DNA of 64,000 bases from the human T2T-CHM13v2.0 reference genome, Homo sapiens, in assembly GCF_009914755.1 (NCBI RefSeq), contig NC_060935.1; one strand, 5' to 3'. The notes beneath the pieces are model-generated. The model did no database searches and had not been told where the DNA came from. It saw nothing but the letters and a program-made list of their open reading frames with translations. This document shows, piece by piece, positions 13,815 through 30,890 of the stretch (position 1 is its first letter; each line of letters starts with the position of its first letter). Made by a program: the position numbers and the translations under genes.

Positions 13815-14199
13815 CTGAAAGTAGCATGGCCGATCTAATTCACATGGCAGCATATGAATATAAGCATTTTCTTCTAATTCCACCCACCACTGCTCCCTCT
13901 CCCTGTTGCTTTTAAAAGCATCTGCTGTCACAGATGCAGAAGATATGTCACTATGAACAACTGCTTTGTTTGAAAGAGCTGCATTTCATGTCTGTCATCT
14001 CTTTAAAGTAAAACTCAAGTCCACTTTCAGGTAACTCCAGTGAAATGAAGAGAGGAATTCTTACAAGGTCCATTTTTGTTTTAAGGGTTAAGCCTGAAAG
14101 AAAAACTTGCTATCTTAACAAACCCTAATGTTATGTTTTTTGACTATATGTTTGATGTATGCAAAAGAATACATGTAATGTAAGGGAAAGTCTTGAAGC

Positions 14200-15025
14200 A
14201 CAGTAATGAAATTAACATCAACTTTAAAACCTGAATGATAAATATTCTTGTATGGGTTCTGCTTCATTCTTGTATCTCTGTATCTCTTATGATTTAACAA
14301 CTCTCCTAAATTTTTTAGCACTCCTTTTTTCATTGTATGGTTTTAGTGTATATATACAAATCTACCCCAAAATATTAATATATTGTTTAAATGTGCTTCT
14401 TTTTGACCTTCATAAAAGTGTTATCATACCATATATCATTTTCCTTGACTTGCTCAACATCATGATTCCATTTGATTTTATGTTTCAAAGATTCATTCAT
14501 GTTTATTTTTAATGCTATATATTATTCTATTATGTGAATATTCCATAAATTATATTTTTATTCTCCTGTTGATATAAATTTGTATTGTGCTCACATCATG
14601 TTTTACTTTTTCCTTTTAGAAACAAAGCTACTATGGGCAATGGACATTTACAATAATTTCTCTATGGTATATATATCTAAGAGTAAAATTGCTAAGTCAT
14701 AATGTTCAGCTTTATAAAATAATGTCAGTTTGTTTTCTAAAATGGTTATACCCACCAGTAGTATAGAAGAAACAACCTCAATAACATTTCACAGTATCAG
14801 GCTTCCTAATTTTATACCTATATAATTGAGTATAAAATGGTATCGGGCTTAATTTGGATTCCTTTCTTATACGTGAGGTCTGGCATTTTGTTATACTATA
14901 TAAGTATTCACTATTTGTTTACCTTTTCTTTTGAAATGTTTTGATGATGTCTATTGAACATTTTTCTGTTGTATTATTTATATTTATTTTTATTTTTATT
15001 GACCTGCAAGAGTTCTTCATATATT
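14200..15025 (-). mobile_element. Old L1 (L1ME-like) fragment
   Basis: T-rich, with agattcattcatgtt, attctattatgtgaatattcca, gagtaaaattgctaagtcata. Confidence 0.65.
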
Positions 15026-15029
15026 CATA

Positions 15030-15640
<611 letters not shown>

Positions 15641-16485
15641 TTATTGGTTCATGATTTTTTTAAGATACGCTTCCTAATGACAAAGTCATAATAATATTAT
15701 GCTATATTTTTTCTAAAATGTTTAATATTTTGCCTTTTTTATGTATTTAATCAAAAGTTTGTTCATTTTTATGTATGTGAGATAGGAATTAATTTAATTT
15801 TTCGTATTATATATAATTGTCCCAGCACTATTTAATTAACTCATTAAGTCCTCATATATGAGGTAGGTACTATTAGGATTACTTTTTTAATAATAAGGAA
15901 ATTGAGGCATGAATAGGTTAGTAAATTGGCTCTAGAACTGGTGAACTTACCTTCTGTTTCAAGGTCCTTTTGTTTGTTTAGCCGATATGCTTATCTAATC
16001 CTGAAACCACACTGTCATCAGAATTGTTTTAGTATAACTGATGTCTGTTAGGCCATGTACCCTCACCTGACTCTTCTTCTTGGGATTATCATAGGTATTC
16101 CTTACCCTTTGCTCTCCTCATGTACATTTCCATCAGGTTGTCCAGCTCCTCAAAAAGTCCTGTTAAGATTTTTGCAGGAATTGCATTGAATCTACAGATC
16201 AATTTGGAAGGAATATCTTTATTATACTGAATATTTATATCCATGACCATAGCAGGCCATTGTATTTAAGTCTTCTTTGGTAAATTTCAATAAATGTTTA
16301 TACATCCTTTTTTGCATATATTTAGTTTGATTAACTCCTATGTAACTTATTTTGTTGCTGTTGTTTTATTTGTATTTTACATGGAGATGGTCCTCCATAC
16401 TACTAGAAATAGCAGTGCCTTGTTTAAATCTTCTGTAACTTTAGTAATTTTTTAACTCTTGACATTAAAACGTATCTTATAGCGT

Positions 16486-16789
<304 letters not shown>

Positions 16790-17480
16790 TTAATTGTTCA
16801 TTGTGATGGTGGATTTATTACTTTCTCTATGTGTTCTGTTTCTGTTTATATACACTAAGGATATTTTATTAAATATGCATAAATTTACAATGTATATTTA
16901 TGAAATAAGCATGTTATGATTATATCATGATCTTCTTTAACTCTAATAGTCTATTTTGTCTTGAAGTTGATTTTGCCTGACATTTATAAAGTACCTCAAC
17001 TTTATTTTATTTAGCATTTGCCTAGTACATATTTGTTCCATTTGTTAACTTTCAAATTTTTGAGTCTTTATATTTTAGGCTCATGTATCATCATTTCTCA
17101 GCCTGTTGGCTAAGATCAAGTGTAGGCTTCTGTCTCATCAAATGGCATATTAGGTGGACTTTAAAAATCATTTAAATGTCAATTTTTGTCTTTTAACTGG
17201 CAAGTTTAATCTATTTATATTTGTATGAATATTGTTATATTTGAAACTATTTTTCTATATTATTTTTTGTTTTTGTCATACACTTTTGCTTTATATTTGT
17301 TATTGACTTTTTTGATTGATTAGAATTTTTTATATATTACATTTTATTCCTCTACTAATTTGACATTTATACACTATTTCTAATCTTTTAATGGTTACTT
17401 CTTAAATTTTGTCATACATTCATATCTTAATAAAATGTAAAGTTTATTACTATCTTAACCAATGCTTTGCCATCCCCATC
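16790..17480 (-). mobile_element. Old L1 (L1M) ORF2-region fragment
   Basis: T-rich, with ttgaagttgattttgcctgacatt, tttgcctagtacatatttgttccat, ttttaactggcaagtttaatctattta. Confidence 0.6.
17090..17125 (+). pseudogene. 3'-truncated U2 snRNA pseudogene (U2 nt 1-36)
   Basis: atcatttctcagcctgttggctaagatcaagtgtag matches U2 ATCGCTTCTCGGCCTTTTGGCTAAGATCAAGTGTAG at 32/36. Confidence 0.9.
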
Positions 17481-19162
17481 CTCCAAAAAAGTACAAAGAC
17501 TTGAAATCTGATTACTTCTGTGATAATACAGTAATCTTATATTGGGTTTCCCACCTTGATGGGTTTTCAAAGCTCATCAGTAAAGTCAGAAAACTCAATC
17601 ACTTTTTTGCAGACACTTGAATCATTTTCTTAAAGGGAACTTTAACCTCCTAATATCTTATTGTTCACTGCTCCCTAGTCTAGTTCAGGTCACTGGTTTT
17701 ATGGGAGAGTGTGAGAAGTACATATCCAGGTGACAACTTTTTGTCTGTGCAATTTGAGAGGAAAAATCCCTTTCAGCTATTGTGATTAGAAAGTAGCAGA
17801 AGGAACTTGAGTTACAGAGCCAGAAAATCCCAAATTTATTTTCTTTGGCTTATGTGTCTGGCTTTAACTGAGAAAGGATCTGAGTCTTTTTGCCACTGAT
17901 TATGTTCATTTCTCTCCCTCATAGGTATTTTGTGGGAGAACTTCTGATGAAAAGAAGGTACCCAAGACTGCTCTCATTCCATCATTATATCTGACATCTC
18001 TGTTACACATTCCCATGACCCCTGAGCCAAAATTTATTTATTATCATTTTTTACTATTAAAACAGTAAATCAAGCTTCATGATGTATGTAGCCTACTATA
18101 TAAATGTTTTTCTGTCATGACTTTAATTTTTTTCTCATGAACGTTTATTTTCACAAATGAAATAATATATTTATTCTTGACAATATTTAGATGTGTTTTT
18201 CTGGTTTTTAAAAAGGCGGTTCTGGCATTTAAAAGTCCCCAGTGCATCTGATGGCAGACTTGCTCCAAGCTCCTAACATCACTTAGTGGGCAGGTTTATT
18301 CCTTGGTCAGATTCACTCCTGCAGTGATCGGCAAAATACTCCTAGAATTTAGCTTTCACTCCTATGAATCTAAAGAACTCCATGAAAACCTTGCTCATTA
18401 TATTATGCAGTCCATGCTATTTAGCTCTATTCTTACTGGTTTTAAAAAAATAATCAATTGCATTTTTGTAAAGAAATTGGTATTATTTTTCTCAGGAGCC
18501 CCACTACTTCATGCCTCCTTACAGCTCACCTGAACCATGGTGATCATAACTGGATTTGGCTTTCAATCACTCCTCTTTTCAGTGCACTTCCTATTACGAT
18601 AGCATCACTCCTCTGCTTAACAAGCCCAAACATTTTAGGATGACCTACATAGCTGTGTGCTTTGTGAATGCCATGGCCCCAGCATCATTCCTCTTCATTC
18701 CTGCCACACACACTGTTCTAGGCTCACCAAATTTATTGACATTCCCTAAATATGCCTCACTATTCTGCCTCTCCATTCAACTAACATTTGCTGAGCTCCT
18801 ACTATGTGCCAAACACTGGAGATACAGAGAATAAGAAGATGCAGTTTGACTCCGCAATCCATGCTGTCTCCCAGGTTTAGAATAACCCTCTAGCAACTCC
18901 TACTAATCTTCCAAAAACTACTCACACATCATCTTCTTTTCAGCCCCACCCCCAAACACCTCATTTGCACAATGAATCATCATTCTTTTGTATTCTTAGT
19001 GTTTCTATGATGGTGGCAAGATAATTAGAATTTGGGTTTGCATTACTAAATTTTTTCTTACTCCCCAATTCCAAACAGATAGCTATGATTTATCCCTTGT
19101 CTCTGGATTCTGACAAGGCTCAGGACACACTCAACCTAAGTTTACGGACTCTGAAGCCCTTT

Positions 19163-19680
19163 TGTCAGAGGCATTTGAACCAGAGCAGCTCCATTTTGAA
19201 TACAGGCTGGCTAAAATGAGGCTAAGACCTGCTGCGCTGCATTCCCAGTAAGTTAAAGCATTCTAAGTCACAGGATAAGATAGGAGGTTGGCACAAGATA
19301 CAGGTCATAAAGACCTTGCTGATAAGACAGGTTGCAATAAAGAAGCCGGCCAAAACCCATCAAAACCAAGATGGTAAACTTTTTCTAGCATATGTGAAAA
19401 AAAAAAAAAAACAAAATATGGGCAAGCAGCAGCCTTTGGGGCTGCTTTGTCTATGAAGCAGCCATTCTTTTATTCCTCTACTTTCTTAATAAACTTGCTT
19501 TTACTTTACTCTATGGACTCGCCCTGAATTCTTTCTTGCCTGAGATCAAAGAACCCTCTCTTGGGGTCTGGATTGGGACCCCTTTCTGGTAACATCTTTC
19601 TGGTGACCACAGAAGGGACAATAGTGAGGAAACCCCTGACCCAAAGACTAACTCCAGGTAAGTGGTGGGGTCTGGTAACA
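19163..19680 (+). mobile_element. MER41A LTR (ERV1), internally deleted, with an 86-bp 3' extension
   Basis: Starts tgtcagaggcatttgaaccagagc; canonical end cccctttctggtaaca at 19594; second ggtaaca end at 19680; cttt flanks both sides. Confidence 0.88.
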
Positions 19681-21296
19681 CTTTCAAAGTACTATTCTAG
19701 GTATCCTGACTTTGGAGAGGGAGTGGAGAGGTTGTGGCTGAAGGGTTGAAGGTAAAGAAGAAAGAGAGAATGTCTTTGAGATGCTGGAAAGTGAGTAGGG
19801 GAGGCTGCAGGAGCTTGAGATGAAAATAAATGTCTGTGAGTCTGGAGAGATAGCAAATCTGGAGAAATATTTGAGAGTTGCCTGTGGAGAAGTCAACACC
19901 TAGAGAATGGGATTCTCAGCTTTGCTAATGATTTCTACACCCTAAGTGTATCAGAAAAGCAAGAAGGCATGAGACCATAGAGTTTTAAGCAATGCACTTC
20001 TGTCTCCATGAAAATCAGTGTAAGGTATTGATCAGTCAGTCACTCTAGAAGCTCAATCCTGTGAAAAGTCATTAATGTGAAAAATGCTCACAACTTTTCA
20101 CAGTACTAGGGGTGGGAGGAGGAGAACAAATCCCTTATAACTAGAAGTCTAGAATTCTCCTAGAGAATATTGAGGGTTAAACATTAAAAAAAAGAAATTT
20201 TAAAAAATGTTATACTTAATGCAAACCTAATCTTTTGTCTTGAGTCTTATCAATTACACATTCTTCTATTATAACATGCATCAATATGTTCTATAATTAT
20301 ATATTTACCTGTCCCTCTGTTTGCCAGAAGTTTTGAGGACAGGGGTCATGTCTTAATCATCTCTGTCACCTCCGGCTATGGCACAAGATTTTTCATACTG
20401 AAAGAACTCAATGTTTATGAGACAATTGTCCCAAATCACCAAATATACATGGAAATAAACTACCAAGACGGAATTTATTTTAAAACTCATTTCTTACAAT
20501 ACATTTCCCTTGAAGTGTTTCCTCATACTTCCATACACATGTGCAAGGCAAATACTGCAGTCTTTTCTAACTGGAGTGTACCACCTATGTTTAATATTTG
20601 TATAGAGTCAAAGTTCTACTAAGCATGGATATGCACTTTGGAAATGTTCATCTTTAAATATTATCTGAGAAAACGGGAAATAACATGACATGTCAACTTG
20701 TATAATCAATGTCCTACCCTGTTGGAAGGGCAATAGTAAGCATCTAGGTTTGCATTTACACTTGCTGTCACACATAACAATCACTGTAGGGCAAATAGTA
20801 ATTAGTGTGTAATGAACAGTGTCCAAATGGGATCAGCTCCTGAATTACCATTTAAATGTGGTAATGGCAGAAAACTTGCCACAATTATTGCTGCTCAGCA
20901 AGCCCCAAGAGATCCCATTCTTCTCCAAAGTCTTAGGATATTTAGCACATTTCTTTCTTAGTGTTCTTAAACTGTTGGCTATGCTTGGCACGTTTTTTCT
21001 CCCAAGTAAATAAGCTCTGAGATTAGGAGACATAACTTTAGCTTTTAAAATTCCTGACAGCGCCTTCATGCTTTGTAATAGGCAGGCACTCAATAAACAC
21101 ACAATTGTTAATTAATCTGACAGTATCTAGAGTAACAAAACTGTAAATTACATCTTGTAAATATTTACTTTCTATCTTCTAGGGGTGAGAGATAATGGCT
21201 CGTAGGGGAAAATAGAAAATAAAGATCTAATTCCAAACACTATGATTTAAGTCAATGGTAAAGTGCTATAGTCTAACATATGAAGGTGTTCCTTAC

Positions 21297-21370
21297 CTTC
21301 ATATTGCTGTTGCATTTACTCAATAGATGCTGCATCTCTCCCTACCCAACAGATGCTCTGGACTATATAG
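21297..21370 (-). other. Candidate 74-nt exon (unverified)
   Basis: Minus strand: acceptor cttctgcattattcacag and donor AAG|gtaagg in apparently unique sequence. Confidence 0.3.
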
Positions 21371-21834
21371 CTGTGAATAATGCAGAAGTTCACCTCTCAT
21401 AGAGCACGCAAACTTTTGAAGGAGGATATTGATATACTGATTAACCAAATAATAACAGAAATTTAAAGCCTACGATGGGTGATGGGGCACATCTATGAGA
21501 TCTGGGCCTGTTCCTAAGAGGTGCAAATTGGGAAGAAAATGATGGGACAAATCAAAAATGCAAACTGGATTATGCAGCTCTCTGATTCAAAGACTGCTAT
21601 ACTTCCTTATTTCTCTCACAATAGAGTCCACCTTACTTAGTGCCACACAAAAGTTTCTAGTATGAAGGTCCTGCTCCAATGTTATCTTTCATCCTCTGCT
21701 CCCTCCTATTAGTAGCTCTGATGTATTGCTGCAATTACCTTAACGACCATACTGTCATACTCCATGCTGTTGTCATGTTCATACTCCTGCCCCCACCCTA
21801 AAGTTTTGTTATAAACACTGCTATATATGTGTCT

Positions 21835-21837
<3 letters not shown>

Positions 21838-21875
<38 letters not shown>

Positions 21876-21876
21876 T
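21838..21876. repeat. (TG)n microsatellite ending in gcgcgt
   Basis: Directly visible. Confidence 0.97.
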
Positions 21877-21999
21877 CTTTCTCCACTACATAATATTGAT
21901 CAGGGAAAATACAAAAGACCATGCCTTGTTTTTTTTTTTTTGTTTTGTTTGTTTGTTTGTTTGTTTCCCTCAGCACTTAGAAGAAAGAAAGAACTAACA

Positions 22000-22833
<834 letters not shown>

Positions 22834-22989
22834 AATTTAAGGGTTCAATTACTTATGGGGACATTTGTGAGTATTGTTGAAAGTATATGATGTGGGCAAT
22901 AAGCCAGAACTCACTGAATTAAAGTATGAGCAATGAGAAAGCAAAAAGAAACAAGTGTTAGACCAGTAGTATGCTAGTCTCTTGAGAGT

Positions 22990-24436
<1,447 letters not shown>

Positions 24437-25769
24437 GAGATTCTCTCTATAGCCAATTATGTTAGGAAACATGCCCCATCTTTGATAGCATTAGCATATT
24501 GAAGACTGAGCAATTATTCAACAAAGAAACCTGTTTAACATTACCTAATTGAATATTTTCTAAATTTATTTGTCTTCAGAACACTACTTTTCCCATCTAA
24601 CACCTATTAATTTTCCCAAGAAATGCCAATACATTTTTTTTAATTTCAAGAAATTACATGAGAATGGCAGTGCAAATAATGATGTATCTTAGAGGAAGGA
24701 AAGAATGGTTGAGAGAAGACTTTATATCCTTAGAATAGGAAATAATTGGTCACATTTGTAGAATGAAAAGAATGAAACATAGGGGAGGGAGGAATTGAAG
24801 ATGCTGTAACAAGCAATGATCTGATTTCTTTAGCCCTGGTAAGAAATGCACAGTTAAACTGTGGGTGGATTTTCTTTTCTCAAGCCTCTCTTCTCCATTG
24901 ATGACCTCACAGAGTCCAGAAGACAAGGGAACATGGACTGGCATTCTAATGTAACATTCATTCATGCCTCAACATTTATTGAGCATCTTCTATGTGTCTC
25001 GTCTAGACAATAGAGGTGACTATTCCATTTGGAATGCCAACAAAAGCCTCACCCAAAAAATGAAACTTAAATTGGTTTTTCAAAAGTGAGTGGATAATTC
25101 ACTAGGAAGAAAAAGAAGAATATGAAAGACAGAAGAAAGCATGAGAAAACAACAATGAAAGAACAAAGTAGCAGTCCAAAAAATTGTGACTGAAATACGG
25201 ATGGGACTGGTAGAACATGAGGCTGGAAAATTAGACTAGGCCACACATATACAAAAACTTTAAATGGCATGCAAAACAAACAGTTTGGGATTTATGAGGT
25301 ATAAAATAGGAAAAGACATGCTATATTTGTCTTACAGAAAAATCACTTTGACAGCAGTGTGAGTGATAAACTGGAGACCTGCCACAGAGGGACTAGTTTA
25401 GAGCCTACTGCAATTATGGAACTGTTGCAGGTTTCCATGGATACAACTGGGTATAAAGTATTATTTAGTAACAGAGCCTGAAACATCATGTGATCATTAC
25501 TGGTTTAAAGCAAACCTCCTACCTCAGGATTTGGGCACCTTTCCAAAATATAAACTCAGCATTTATATCAACTGCTGCTATGAAAGTTATTTGGGATCAT
25601 GTAGATGACCTTTCATGCAAAAAGTAGATCACAAAATGTAGGTCGTTGAAAAAATTACAGCAGCACTTTGTAAAATGGAGATTTGAGAAGATACTCATTT
25701 TATATTTATTTTGGGGGTCTCATACCTATCTTGAATATATAGTTATGGTAGAAAAAGTTCTATTTCTGA

Positions 25770-26028
25770 AGCACAGTGGTGTGATCTCTGTTCATTGTAA
25801 CCTCCACCTCCCAGGCTCAAGCGATCCTCCTACCTTTGCCTCCAGACTAACTGGGACTAAAGGTGCGTGCCACCATGCTGGGCTAATTTTTGTATTATTT
25901 TGAGATTTGGAGAGATAGGGTTTTGCTATGTTGCCCAGGATTGTCTCAAACTCTTGGGCTCAAGTGATCCACCCACCTCTGCCTCCCAAAGTGCTGAGAT
26001 TACAGGCATGAGCCACTGCACCTGGCCT
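25770..26028 (-). mobile_element. AluJ, partial
   Basis: ctcaagcgatcctcc...ctcttgggctcaagtgatccacccacc...cctggcc. Confidence 0.88.
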
Positions 26029-26727
26029 GGCAATAGTACCTTAATGAAAGACTTAGTCATTGTCAGAGCTACCTCATAAAAAGGTAAATTTCCTTTTTCT
26101 AAAAAAAAAAAAAAGCTTATTTGTTGCATATTGAAATAAGCATTCAAGCAACTGAACCTTGTATGAGATCCAGTGGGAGAGTCTACAGACACCAGGAACT
26201 TCCTGGCTCTGCACAGACAGATTTTGCGGAGAAAACACAATCTTGCTCTCAAGGTAGTGAAGCTTTCATAGGTTATTACTGTTTCATTTCTTCCGGAAGT
26301 TGTTTCAAGCTTTATTTAAGATTGGCTGAAAAAAGCTTACTATGATTCCTTTAACCATAAATAAAGCATAAAAGAAGAAATATCACAAAATCATCCAAAT
26401 ACTGCAGATGCTTTCTTGGTTTTAAAGTCACAGATTGAAAACTGGTTTTAAAGCAGGAGGTATAAGCATTTGATGCTCTGATTATTTTTTACTTTAAAGA
26501 AATAATTGGAGTTTTAGAAGACTTGAACTCTACAGCATAGAGAAACCAACAAAACCAACCTAATAAAAATATTGCATCTTAAAGGTAAGAGCTAAAGGAA
26601 TATTAATGTGGAAAAAATAGGAGCCACTCTGAAGAATCTGACTTAAATCACATAGGAGAAAAAATATTTTTTCCACATTAACACCTAGCATTAGCTAATT
26701 TTAAGGAAAAAAGAAAACATTTATTAG

Positions 26728-27137
<410 letters not shown>

Positions 27138-27553
27138 TACTCTGTTGAAATTTCTAGAGGAAGAATGGAATTTCAGTGGCAAATACCAGCTCAAGGTAAT
27201 GAAGGCATTTCTAACAATTAGCACTATCTCTAGATGGACTATGCAGCATTTGAGAGGGTGTATGTAGTCATTTGTGGGTGGTACTCTGGCAGAAGCTAAG
27301 AGACCATCATGCGTTTGCCACAGGAAGCATATGGGTGAACTAGATGACCTCTAAATTACTTTTGATTTTGGAATTACATATTATCAATGAAAACGAAACT
27401 GAGGTTGAACTGTTAACTTAATTGTACGAAATATATCACTTTCCAAATCCTTATATCAAAATACTATTTCTAAAAGACTTACTATGTTATGCATCAGGCA
27501 CTATGCTAGGCATAGGGGATTCAGCAATGATAATGACAGAATGAATCTACTGT

Positions 27554-27893
<340 letters not shown>

Positions 27894-29258
27894 CTAACTG
27901 CGAAGACAGCAAAGTAAGCATTAATTACAAGGAGGGATAATGATAGAGGAAGTACTTGTATTTCTCCTCCTTATGACCACTATTATTATTAGACAGACTA
28001 TTTTTTTTCCAAAAAGTTGATACTGTTCTCAAAAGCACTCTGTTTCTACAAATGCTAGAATCCAAAAATTATGTCAAAATGTCTTTTTAACATGAGAACA
28101 ATGATGTCAATGATGGGTGAAATGATAATGAGTAGAGGAAGATGAAAGCATACATATATTCTTCCAGTCTCTGGTTTTCATATTATTTGTAAGGCATGGA
28201 TGCTTTTCAAGAGAAAGGCTAAGATGATATGGCAGTGGCAACCATGAACCATTAAAGCAGCAGTTAGAGTTACTAGATGTAAATAAAGAAAAATCTATCT
28301 CCAAAAGCTTGCTTTGAACTTTATAATGGGTGGATTGCACTGATATCATCTGAATCCATTGATCAATTACAGCATCAGTAAAAGTAGGACAAGAAGGCAT
28401 CATTTGCCTTCAGTAGGAAGTATGGAGCACCATCTATGAAGTATTCTTGCCATTTGAAACCATAACAACAACAAAATCCATTTAATGTAATCAGGCCTGT
28501 ACTCCTAATTAGCAAATTACAGGAACAAGGACAGGTGAAAAGAGAACAAATTAAATGATACCATGAGAATAGTGCTTAATCAATCTATGTTTTTCTTTTC
28601 ATATTATTAAAACTCCAATAAGGTAACTATTACTGTGCATTTTCACAAATAATGAGACCAAAGCTCAGAAGGCTTTATTAAGATATCCAAAGTTGCAGAG
28701 TAACAAGCTAAGATAAGGTTTGGGGAGTACTGTACCTAAATTCACAGGATGTGTTTTGCACTGGGCCTCACTGCCCCAAGAGAGATTATTTCATCCACTC
28801 TCATTTTACTGCAGCACAGAAGGACTAAGCCCTTTGCTCAGAAACCACCAACTAGTACTTGCAGGATCTAGGTGTAGATTACAGGTTCCTTAATTCCAAA
28901 TTCAGTGCTCCTCTGTCCCTACAAATTATAAATTTGGGCAACCCTTGATGCCCAAGCTGCAATATGGATCAGTTAAATCAGATTCTTTGAGGGTTGGATT
29001 AAGAAACCACTATTTTCTAAAGTACCCAAGGTGGCTCCACTTTGCAGCTAAGGTTGAAACACTGGTGTTATGATGCTTATTTCCCTAATCCAACTCAGCT
29101 ATTTTACATTTTATCTAATCCTATTCATCACTAAATTCTGAGAATTTCTTCCCAGGTACCACGCTTATCTAAACTATATTGAAAATATCAGTGTATGAAA
29201 GGAATTCCACCTCCTCTGATAATATTTTAGTTACTATGTTTGTTAAAATCATATAACA

Positions 29259-29575
29259 GGCCAGGCACAGTGACTCATGCCTGTAATCCCAGCACTCTAG
29301 GAGGCCAGGGCAGAAGGATTGCTTGAGCCCAGTAAGTTTGATACCAGCCTGGAAAACACAGGGAGACCCATCTATGAAAAAAGAAAAACATTAAAAAAAA
29401 AAAAATTTAGCCGGGCATGGTGTCACATACATGTGGTCCCAACTACCTGGGAGGCTGAAGGGGAAGGATTGCTTGGGCTTTGGAGGCCCTGGAGGCTGCA
29501 TTAAGCCACGATCACATCACTGCACTTCAGCCTGGGTGGCAGAGTGAGACCCTGCCTCTAAAAATAAAACAAATC
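29259..29575 (+). mobile_element. AluJ
   Basis: ggattgcttgagcccag (J-type) in the left arm. Confidence 0.9.
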
Positions 29576-29577
29576 TT

Positions 29578-29885
29578 GGCCAGGCACAGTGTCACATGCC
29601 TGTAATTGCAGCACTTTGGGAGGCAAAGGTGGGTAGATCACCTGAGGTCAGGAGTTCGAGACCAGCCTGGACAACATGGTGAAACCCCATCTCTACTAAA
29701 AATACAAAATTTAGCCGGGCATGATGGTGCATGCCTGTAATTCCAGCTACTCAGGAGGCTGAGGCAGGAGAATCATTCGAGCCCGGGAGGCAGAGGTTGC
29801 AGTGAGCCAAGATCATGCCATTGCACAGCAGCTGGGGTGACAAAGCAAGACTCCATCTCAAATGATAATAATAATAATATGATAA
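29578..29885 (+). mobile_element. AluSx-like, directly after the AluJ tail
   Basis: Full dimer with an (AAT)n tail. Confidence 0.92.
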
Positions 29886-30363
29886 ATCAGATCTCAGGAC
29901 ATTAACTGAGCCTTGTTTTACGAGGGACTATGAAAACTGTGTCATATGTCAGCATCCATAAGCGGTGCTCCCTCTTCTACTTCTGCTTTCACAGTACAGA
30001 CCCATCTAGGCAGAATCAGCTTTCTCCAGGCATGTTGGGTCATTCTCTTCTTTCTTGCTTTAGTGCCTTGTTTTTGTGAAGAGCTGAGCAGAAACTGCCC
30101 CTCTGGGTAGACTCATCTAGGACTTACTCTTTCTATTTTAAATGCTTTGTGTCTAAATTTGAATGGTGTATTCATACATCTTAGTTCATGAAGAAGGAAA
30201 TAGGATGCCTATTTTACACCTACAGGCTTAAGCCATATGGATTTCTCAGCTTTTACCAGAGCTGTGTTTTGGGAGCATTTAGTATTCAGGTATAAAGTGG
30301 TACTCTGAGGCCAATTTAGCTTCTATGCCTTATGTATACATTCCGTAATTAGAAATTCCAAGG

Positions 30364-30712
30364 GAAGCCAGCAGTGGGGCTCACATCTGTAATCCCAACA
30401 CTTTAGGAGGCAGAGGCAGGCAGATCGCTTGAGCCCAGGAGTTCAAGATCAGCCAGGGTAACATGGCAAAACCCCATCTCTACAAATGGTACAAAAATTA
30501 GCCAGGTATAGTGGTGCACACTTGTAGTCCCAGCTACTTGGGAGGCTGAGGTAGGAAGATCACCTGAGCCCTGCGAGGCTGAGGCTGCAGTGAATCCTGA
30601 TGGCTGAGGTAGGAAGATCACCTGAGCCCTGCGAGGCTGAGGCTGCAGTGAATCCTGATGGAGCCACTGCATTCCAGCCTGGGCCACAGAGTGACACCTT
30701 GAAAAAAAAAAA
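30364..30712 (+). mobile_element. AluJ with an internal 58-bp tandem duplication
   Basis: J-type dimer; 30544-30601 is identical to 30602-30659. Confidence 0.92.
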
Positions 30713-30714
30713 GT

Positions 30715-30776
30715 AAGAAGGAAGGAAGGAAGGAAAGAAAGAGAAAGAAAGAAAGAAGGAAAGAAAGAAAGAAGGA

Positions 30777-30840
<64 letters not shown>

Positions 30841-30890
30841 GAAAGAAAGACAGAAAAGCAAGCAAGCAAGCAGGCAGGCAGGCGGCAGGC
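30715..30890. repeat. Compound tetranucleotide STR (GAAG)n(GAAA)n(GCAA)n(GCAG)n
   Basis: Directly visible, continuing from the Alu tail. Confidence 0.97.
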
